Shown here in pieces: positions 56,668 to 64,000 of a stretch of DNA of 64,000 nucleotides; within the stretch, counting starts at the first letter, position 1; each line of letters starts with the position of its first letter. The position numbers were made by a program, and so were the translations under genes. A model generated the notes under the pieces. That model was not told the DNA's origin. It worked only from the letters and a program-made list of their open reading frames with translations, and did no database searches. Origin of the DNA: Diplonema japonicum (Eukaryota; Protista; Euglenozoa: Diplonemea); assembly GCA_964019335.1 (NCBI GenBank), contig OZ025661.1, positions 682,001 to 746,000 on the forward strand, read 5' to 3'.

Positions 56668-58170
56668 ATGAACGCACCCTCAAAGATATCCGTGCCGAGC
56701 CAGTTTCAAAGCAGGTTCAAGGATCTCAAGGATGTTTACGTCTGGCGGTTGGTGGACAAGGTCACGACGGATGACACCAAGGAGGAGAAGGTTTTCGTGG
56801 TCTCTGACAAACACTTGTTTCTCTTCAACACGGAAGGGGTGATGAGCAGGCTGGCAAGGTTGTCGGACATCGAACTAGCTGCAAGGAACCACAGCGAAAA
56901 CAGCGAGACGATATGCATAAAATTCTTTAAAGAACTCGCCGAACCGAGTTTAATGTTGGTCCTCAAAAGCGACACGAGGAACCAAGGAAAGTCACAGGAC
57001 CCCCTTGTCGTCATCAACTACTTCAGAAAACTCGCGAGAAACGGCGAGGAGCTCGAAGTCCGCATGCTATCAGACAACAAAAAACCCGACGAGTTCAGGC
57101 CATGGACGAAACCACCGTCGTACCACCCGCCCATCGACAAGCTGAACAAGAAACGAGAATACCTCTTCAAAGGCTCTGTAAGACCACCACAAGCCCCACG
57201 GGCACCAAACACATATCAACCGGGAGATTATGTACAACTAGCCAGACTAACAGGCGAACATGAAGAGTTCAACGGAATGGCGGGCATTGTTTCAGAATAC
57301 GACGATAAAGCCGAGAAATACAAAGTCGCCTTCCCGTACCCAGTGAACATGCAAGCAATGGACACCCGAAATCTAGACAAACACCACTACGCCGTGGACC
57401 CGAACAGTGTTGCAAAAGAATTTCTCGTCCAACCCGGGGAACTGGGCCTTGCATTCTCAGAAGACCTGGTCATTACCGAAGTCGAACCGGGGAAACCAGG
57501 CGCAGCCGCTGGCATCCCGCTCGGGCGGAAAATCGTCGCGATAAACCACAAGTACGTTAAAACGATCCCGGTGGTCACGGAGGCTCATCAACAAGCGAAA
57601 CATCTACCTTACATTGTAACGGTGTCAGGGGAAGCGGATTTCGAAGATGAGGAGTATGGAGAAGGAGATGGAGAGGGTCATATACAACAGTTGGAAGAAC
57701 AGTTGTACGCGACACGGCTGTCGTTGGAGGATGTTCATAAAAAGTTGAGAGAGACGCAGGAGGAACGGGATCGTGCGATGGAGACTGCACGTCAGACGCA
57801 GATGATGTCCCCGCCGCATGTGAGCAGGGCGCCACCGCCGCCACGGCAAAAAACGGTTGTTCGACGGCAGCAGCCGTTGGAAGAGCACCTTGGTTCGCTT
57901 TTGCTTGACCACATTTCTTCTAGGAGAAGGAGGCCTTCTTACAGTAGCAGCCCGCCGCCTTCCTCGTCGCACCACTCGCACAGGACGCGGCTCGGTCCTT
58001 ACCGCACACCCGCCGGAAGCGGGCGGACGAACCCGGTCCGGTCAACTGACCCATTGGTCTCCGCGATTATTCATTCCACCAGGCATGGTGGTGACCCGCA
58101 TTTATTCACCACCCCCAGGAGGATACGGTCGCGGGCAGGTGATTTGGACAGTTTGTCGGCCATTCTTTAG
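56668..58170 (+). CDS. Scaffold protein with PH-like repeat, SH3-like domain, PDZ and coiled-coil; paralogue of 49819-51651
   Basis: FVVSDKHLFLFNTEGVMSRLARLSDIE..IKFFKELAEPSL; PGDYVQLARL..FNGMAGIVSEYD..KYKV; LGLAFSEDLVITEVEPGKPGAAAGI. Confidence 0.75.
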   Translation: MNAPSKISVPSQFQSRFKDLKDVYVWRLVDKVTTDDTKEEKVFVVSDKHLFLFNTEGVMSRLARLSDIELAARNHSENSETICIKFFKELAEPSLMLVLKSDTRNQGKSQDPLVVINYFRKLARNGEELEVRMLSDNKKPDEFRPWTKPPSYHPPIDKLNKKREYLFKGSVRPPQAPRAPNTYQPGDYVQLARLTGEHEEFNGMAGIVSEYDDKAEKYKVAFPYPVNMQAMDTRNLDKHHYAVDPNSVAKEFLVQPGELGLAFSEDLVITEVEPGKPGAAAGIPLGRKIVAINHKYVKTIPVVTEAHQQAKHLPYIVTVSGEADFEDEEYGEGDGEGHIQQLEEQLYATRLSLEDVHKKLRETQEERDRAMETARQTQMMSPPHVSRAPPPPRQKTVVRRQQPLEEHLGSLLLDHISSRRRRPSYSSSPPPSSSHHSHRTRLGPYRTPAGSGRTNPVRSTDPLVSAIIHSTRHGGDPHLFTTPRRIRSRAGDLDSLSAIL

Positions 58171-58599
58171 TAAGGGATGGGAGAAGGAAAAAAATATTGA
58201 TTGAAATTTTGTCTTATCTCCGGCTGAAAAAAAAAAAGAAAGAAGCTTTTTTTTTTCACGATGTTCATTTTTTTCTCCCCCGTATTTTTTTTTTTGTTCT
58301 TGGAATTGCACATTTTGCACCCTAAGAAACTTTAAAAAAAAGAAGGGGGGGGGGGGGAAAGGGATGGGAAAGCTTGTCAGTCATTTCCCCTTATATCCTT
58401 TATTGTGTTCTCCCCCCTTTTTTTTGGGCGATGGGAGGAGAAAAGGGAAATACGTTTTCTTTTCTTTTTTCTCTCTCCCCCCCCCCCCCCGTTGTGTTTC
58501 AAAAGAAAGAAAAAAAGAAAAGAAAAGGAGAAAGGAAGGAAAGAATCAATCTGTCTTTCTTTCTTTTTATTTTTTTATTTACCTCCACCAAAATTTTCA

Positions 58600-59458
58600 T
58601 GGGTGGGAGTGAAAATAAAAATTCACTTTATTTCACTCCTGACTTTATTTTCACGCTCCGGCTTCTAAAAGAAATTAGGCCCAGGAGTGAAAAAATTCTG
58701 ATAGCGTTAAAATAAGAAATATTGTTTCACTCCTGGGCCTAATTTAAGCAAAACCCTCCAAAAATTCCTACCAAGGTTCCTTTAGGATGGGCAAGAACCC
58801 GACTGCACAGGAGGCAGACGCAGCAGAGTTCACCCCCTTCCAAGAGTCATACGAAAAGGAGTGGGCACGCTTTTGTGTGTTTCATAATTATAGGAAGGAA
58901 AAGAAGGGCCCGTCCGAAAGAAGAGGATTCTATTCTCTATTTCAGCGACATAAACAAGCAAGGCCTGCTGCCAGTTCAGTCCGGACGGTCCCTTATTCAA
59001 GGCTAAACTCGGTTGTGAAGAGGAATTACAACAAGCAGTTGCACGACCACCCCCGACTAAAGGTCCCCCTCAAGAGGTTCCAAGAAGGCAAGTCAACAAA
59101 AAAGGCGAACATCTTTGCCCAAGAGCAAATAACAGAATTCTTTAGCACCGAGGTATGGCATCGTCCGCCACGCTTATGCAGCGTTGATGTTCGCAGGAAA
59201 CATGTGCACTACCGAGGCACATATCCGACACCTGTTGTAATTGGTACCACCTGTACCTCCCACCCACTCAAATTTTGCTGTCGTTAAATAAAATATCGTA
59301 TTTGTGAATATAAGATTGATGATTTCACTTGTGGTGGCAGTTTTGACTCGTTAAACGTTATAACACTCGCTTCGCTCGTGATATAACCGTCACTCGTCAA
59401 AACCACTGCCACCACGCGTGAAATCATAGGATCTTATATTCACTAAATAAATAGTTAT
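58600..59458 (+). mobile_element. Crypton-like element with inverted repeats near both ends and a tyrosine-recombinase N-terminal remnant
   Basis: Left hairpin AAATTAGGCCCAGGAGTGAAA / TTTCACTCCTGGGCCTAATTT (58672-58745). Peptide YEKEWARF..SSVRTVPYSRLNSVVKRNY..LHDHPRLKVPLKRFQEG..KKANIFAQEQITEF. Long right hairpin at 59304-59443 centred on CACTCGCTTCGCTCGTG. Confidence 0.7.
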
Positions 59459-59554
59459 TTTTTATTTCTTCTTCGTCTTTCTTTCCTTCATTTCTTGCAA
59501 AAAAAAAAAAAAAAAAAAAAAAGAAAAGAAAAATACAATTTTTTTTATTTTTAA

Positions 59555-59755
59555 CCTGATACACACGGCGGACGTCCAATTTTGCAATTTTGATCCTGGG
59601 TGGAGTAAAAACGGGCAACAACGTGCAACCAGAGCAAAGTATGTATAACAGGAAGAATTTAAATTCACATTAAAAGGTGTGGAAGAGAGATGGCAGTATT
59701 TGCAATTCAAAAAATTTTCAAACGACAATTTTATTGCGCTTCCGTGCGCATCAGG
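59555..59755. mobile_element. piggyBac-type MITE (201 bp) with TTAA TSD
   Basis: TTAA|CCTGATACACACGG ... CCGTGCGCATCAGG|TTAA. Confidence 0.8.
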
Positions 59756-60629
59756 TTAAATACTAGCAGGTGCAAAGGGTGCCCCCCCCCAAAAAAAGTT
59801 TTATGACAGAAAAGAATTCAACCTTTGCACGAAAGTACAAATCTAGCATGGCTGCACAACTTTTATACAGAAAAGGGGAAGAAGAAGAAAAGCCTCCCCC
59901 CAATTAATCTCTTCACGGCACGAAGTACAAAATCTAGATATCCTCTTTTGCACAAAAAAGAAAAATAAATTTTTAAGAAGCGGAGGCAGCTTTTTGTACT
60001 ATATCTCGAGTCAAAAGATGCAATATTGGGAGGGGGGGGAGGGATCCATTTTTTTCTAAAAGATTTATTATTTCCTCCGGATGGGGCTCGTCTCCCCTCT
60101 CGTCCCTTCTTTTTTTCTAAAAAGATAAAAGAGGGGGGTGAAGAAAAAAAAGAAAAAAAAAGATCTTTCTTGTTATTGGGAGTTTTTTTTTCTTTTCTCA
60201 AGTCCCATGTGCGTTGGGAGCGGGCGATGAAATATGGCAGGGAAAGGAGAATAATATATTCCCCCCCCTTTTTTTTTCTCCCTCCCCTCCTATTTATTTT
60301 TGGTTTTCCCCCCATGTGGAATTTTTCAGGTGCGCTTACAGTGTTCAAGCATGCCCCCCCTCCCCCTTTTTTTTCTCGTTAGGGAGGTCCATGTTTAAGG
60401 GGAAAAAAAGTAATAGAAGGTTGGGTATTGGGTTACGAGTGGTGGGGTTATTTTTTTTTTTTTTTTTTTTTTGTTTGTTGTTTCTCTTTTTTTTTCTTTT
60501 TTTTTCTCCCTATTATTCCCAATAGAAAACAACGCTGTCGAGACATGCGGAGGGGCATAAAAATAAGAAAGTAAGAAATAGTAGTACCCCCCCGCTTGTC
60601 ACCCGTTGTGGTAGCTTAGTTTCAGTTTG

Positions 60630-60665
<36 letters not shown>

Positions 60666-60733
60666 AAAAGAGGTTAATTTTTTTTTGGCACAGGTCCTAG
60701 CAAAATGTCAATGGATGATGCCCGTCCCCTCCC

Positions 60734-60777
<44 letters not shown>

Positions 60778-60908
60778 TTTATCTTTCAAAAAATGATTTT
60801 ATAACTATATGCAACTTGTGCCGAGCAAAAAACTTTCGCAGCTTTTTAAAAATCCTTTTGCGAACAACAAAGACATATAGTCATAAAGAATTTTTTTTTT
60901 TTTCTCTT

Positions 60909-61679
60909 GGGTAGAGTCCTAACTCGACCCCTAAGTTTCTGAAATGCTCAAATTCCGCCCCCTAGGTTTCCAAAATGCTCAAAGTCCACCCCCTAAGTCT
61001 TCAAAACGCTCAAATCCCGCCCCCTAAGTTTCCAAAGTGCTCAAAGTCCGCCCCCTCAGGTTTTCAAATGCCCTAACTAGGCCCCTACGGTGGGAAACCG
61101 CTCAAAGTCAACCCCCTAGTTTTCAAAATGATCAAAAAACCCCCCCTTAGTTTCATGAATAACCCGATTGGGTCCCCTATGTTTCATTAATGCTCAACAA
61201 GGTTGTGCGCATGCATGTTCCTTAACAATAGGCAACTTGAAAGGAAAAGAAAAAGACAGCCTGGGTAACCAAGGCTACTTCTTAGAGGGCTGCGTCGAAG
61301 GTGTCTTCCTGTGTAAAAGATTACAGCTCTGCTTTGTGGCGTCAACGATGAACGTCCCTCTGAGGTCGACTTGGTGCTTCCCGTCACCTAAGTGCAAGAC
61401 CTAGGAAACTAAGGGGTCCGGATGTGAACATTTTGAAAACCAAGGGGGTCTACTTTGAGCATTTATGAAACTAAGGGGACTGAATTCACGCATTTTAAAA
61501 CTTAGGGGTCGAGTATGAGTTTTTTTGAAGACTTGGGGTACTACACAGAGATTTAAGAAACCTTGGGGACCGGATCAGAAACTTTTTCCTCCTTAAAGAG
61601 AGACCTTGAACATTTCTCAAACTAAGGGGGTGGATTTTGAGCATTTCTCAAACTTAGGGGTCAAGTTAGAAGTTTTCTC
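60909..61679. mobile_element. Non-autonomous Mutator-like/foldback element with TIRs built from ~31-bp tandem repeats and a 9-bp TSD
   Basis: TSD TTTTCTCTT at 60900-60908 and 61680-61688. Left array of CCCCTAAGTTTCCAAAATGCTCAAAGTCC-like units (60909-61160) with an inverted array at 61400-61679. Confidence 0.85.
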
Positions 61680-62356
61680 TTTTCTCTTTTTTTTTTTCTT
61701 TTTTGTAACTAAGGTAACTTTTTTTTTTTTTGTTTGTTTGTTTTGCTGGCTGGGCATTGTACCGCTAGGAGGAGGGGGGGTTTTTTTTTTCTGTCTTTTT
61801 ACAAACCAACTGCTCCCTTATCATAGTGGTTTTCTTCTGTTTCTTTGTAAGAGGAAGGTTACCTGTTTTCCTGTTATTTTTCATTTTTTTCTTCTTTTTT
61901 TTTGGTTCTCGGTTTCTTTATCCCCCCCCCCCCCCCATTCTTTTTTCTTCTTTCCTGCAATCAGACCGTCAATTCTAATCTTGTTTTTTTTTTTTTTTTC
62001 TTTTTTTTTTCTCTTGTCTTCTTCTTTCTTTCTTTTTTTTCTTTTCTTTTCATCCCCCTCTCCCCTGTTCTCAGAAGACTGCAAGGAACAGAGATAATAT
62101 GGAAAAAAAAAAAGGAAAAGAAAAAGAAGAAAAAAAAACGAGGGGTGTCAGGGATCCCTATCGCCGCCTTTCTTTTTTTTCCTTCTCTTTTGATAACACC
62201 CCTCATCATAGTGATTTTAAAGCGGTTCCCACTCCCGTTTCCTTAATGTATAGCCACTTTTTTTCTTTTTTCTTTTTTTTCTCTTCCCCAAACAAATAAG
62301 AAAAAAAAGGAGAGGGGAAGAAAAGAAAAGAGAAAAAAAATCTGTTGTAAAAGAAG

Positions 62357-62388
<32 letters not shown>

Positions 62389-62389
62389 A

Positions 62390-64000
62390 ATGTCGGGGTT
62401 TTTCCAGTTCTTCGAGCACACTTCGTCGAAAATAGACAAATTGCTCGAGGTGGAAAACCCGAACCTGGAGCAGGTGCTCACCAACCCGTTGTGCTTCCAG
62501 GAATGCATGACGGGCAACACGAAACTTCTCGGGTTCCTGTCCCTTGAAAGCAACGTTTCAATCATGTTGGACCTGATGCTGCTGCCACTGGACGAGGAAG
62601 TCCCATATTTGGCAGAGAATGAAGAACCAGAACCTGACGCAGACGATGAGGTACCTCATGGAGTGGACAGACGGGCAAGGCTTGCCTACGCTGCTTCTGA
62701 GGTGTTTGTAAGTGACGCTGTGACAGTACTGGAGACGGCATCCCGAGTCCCTGAGTTGCTCCTGAAGATTTTCAAGTTTTTAGACCAAAAAAACGCGCTG
62801 GATGAAAATCGAACCTATTTCGCAAAGGTTCTGACAGCCTTGCTCCGCACCAACGTATTCGCCGCCAGGGTAACAGGCTGGCTTTACATAGCCAAGGAAA
62901 CGGGTGAGTTCGACATCATAGCTAGCATCACTAGGCACATTTCTGTCGTTGGTGTACAGCAATGCCTCCTGACATTGTTGACACCCATTGACATCATGGA
63001 TGTCCCCCCTTCAAGAGCCTTCGTGAACTGGAGCATGGCCAACGGTTTGTTAGAAAGCATCATGGCGATCCTCGAAAACAAAACGGAGTCGGAAGAAGCC
63101 GACCAAGATAAAGCAGGTATTCTCTGGGTGGCTGTCGGGATCCTCTCTCTCGACACATATGGGCACCACCCCGAGATGCAAGCTGCACTAGTACCTTTCA
63201 TCACCTGGTTGTCATCCCACTCTCATGAAGATTCTTCCCCCTTCGTTCCTGCCGTAGTCGACCTTCTCACAGAAAGATGCAGAAGCAACCCAGACTCATC
63301 AATAATCCCTCTGGCCTCGGACATCCTTCACCGGGTGGCCCGCGCCTACACATTCCAGACCATCTACGCATCTGGTCAGTGCACCGACTCCAGGGTCATG
63401 ACCTACGGTTTGGAAAAGCTGTTGGAGGTTTGAAGAAAAAAAAAATATGGGTGACAGAAAAAAAAAAATTTTTTTTTTTGAACAGAGAGCAAGTGATTTC
63501 AAGAGTCTTTTGGAGAAGCCGCCCGCGGGTGTGCAACCTATACAGCTGCAGACAATCTCGATTAAACTGCCATTTGGTATGCGAAAAAAAATAAAAAAAT
63601 AAAAAAAAGGTTTAATGCGATTGAAAATATTGGAGCTAGTTAGAGCCATCGGGCTGGTTGAGCTGCCAGAGGTTTACATGTATGGAAAGAAGGGAGGGAA
63701 GAAAAACAAAACAAAACAAAAAAAAAAAAAAAAAAAAAAAAAAGGTGGTTCCTTGATGAAGGAATCCTCCCCCTCCTCCTGGAAATCTTCGATCAGCACC
63801 CACACAACAACTTGGTCCACAGCCTTGTGACTGGCACCATAAGGTCTTTGGTGTCTTCGAGCAACCCCGAAGTGGTAATGAGCACAAAAAAGAAAAAAAA
63901 GAAGAAGAAGAAAAAAAAAAACTACAGATAAAACGATTAAAAGAAACTGTCGACCCGGCAATGTGGGTGGCGAAGATGTACGAAGCAGGAAAGGATCCGG
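62390..64000 (+). CDS. SIT4-associated / PP6 regulatory subunit (SAPS domain), partial; introns 63428-63485, 63577-63609, 63680-63744 and 63875-63927
   Basis: N-terminal SKIDKLLE...LEQVL....FQEC...NTKLLGFL and AASEVF. Splicing restores LPFGLMRLKILELV and LLEIFDQHPHNNLVHSLV, both SAPS motifs. Confidence 0.85.

Noticed and set aside
60909-61679. CRISPR-like or telomeric array (CCCTAA/TTAGGG-containing repeats)
   Set aside because: No unique spacers and no pure hexamer run. The inverted arrangement plus 9-bp TSD fits a MULE.
1335-62565. Numerous poly-Lys/poly-Phe ORFs in spacers, and K/F-rich N-terminal extensions of real ORFs
   Set aside because: They are translations of homopolymer tracts. 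True starts were moved to the ATG after the A-run.

Overview
Eukaryotic protist genomic DNA, most consistent with a euglenozoan such as a diplonemid (an inference from organisation, not a database result). About 22 host protein genes all lie on the + strand, separated by spacers rich in poly(A), poly(T), poly(C) and poly(G). I reconstructed 12 short GT-AG introns (33-68 nt); most end in an A-tract instead of a polypyrimidine tract. Genes include a TMEM144-like transporter, a MORN protein, lipoate ligase, a WW-Plus3-PPP phosphatase, a 5'-nucleotidase, a sedolisin, SLBP, a cyclophilin, RMC1/Mic1, two carrier-family proteins, PDK, site-1 protease, RPSA, a GAS2/GAR protein, a metacaspase-like protein, an AAC4-like protein, two PH-like/PDZ paralogues and a SAPS protein. 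There are two tRNA genes: Val-CAC on -, and intron-containing Tyr-GTA on +. Mobile DNA includes pogo, piggyBac and its MITEs, a MULE, Crypton-like tyrosine-recombinase relics and two short dispersed repeat families. The best candidates for undescribed biology are: (1) an RNase H-encoding non-LTR retrotransposon with a 15-bp TSD, inserted 14 bp upstream of a tRNA-Val gene and carrying a long structured 3' region, suggesting a tRNA/Pol III-targeted LINE; (2) the WW-Plus3-PPP phosphatase architecture; (3) the A-tract intron grammar; (4) a Crypton-like family. All family calls come from motif recognition by eye. Homopolymer lengths may be sequencing artefacts.
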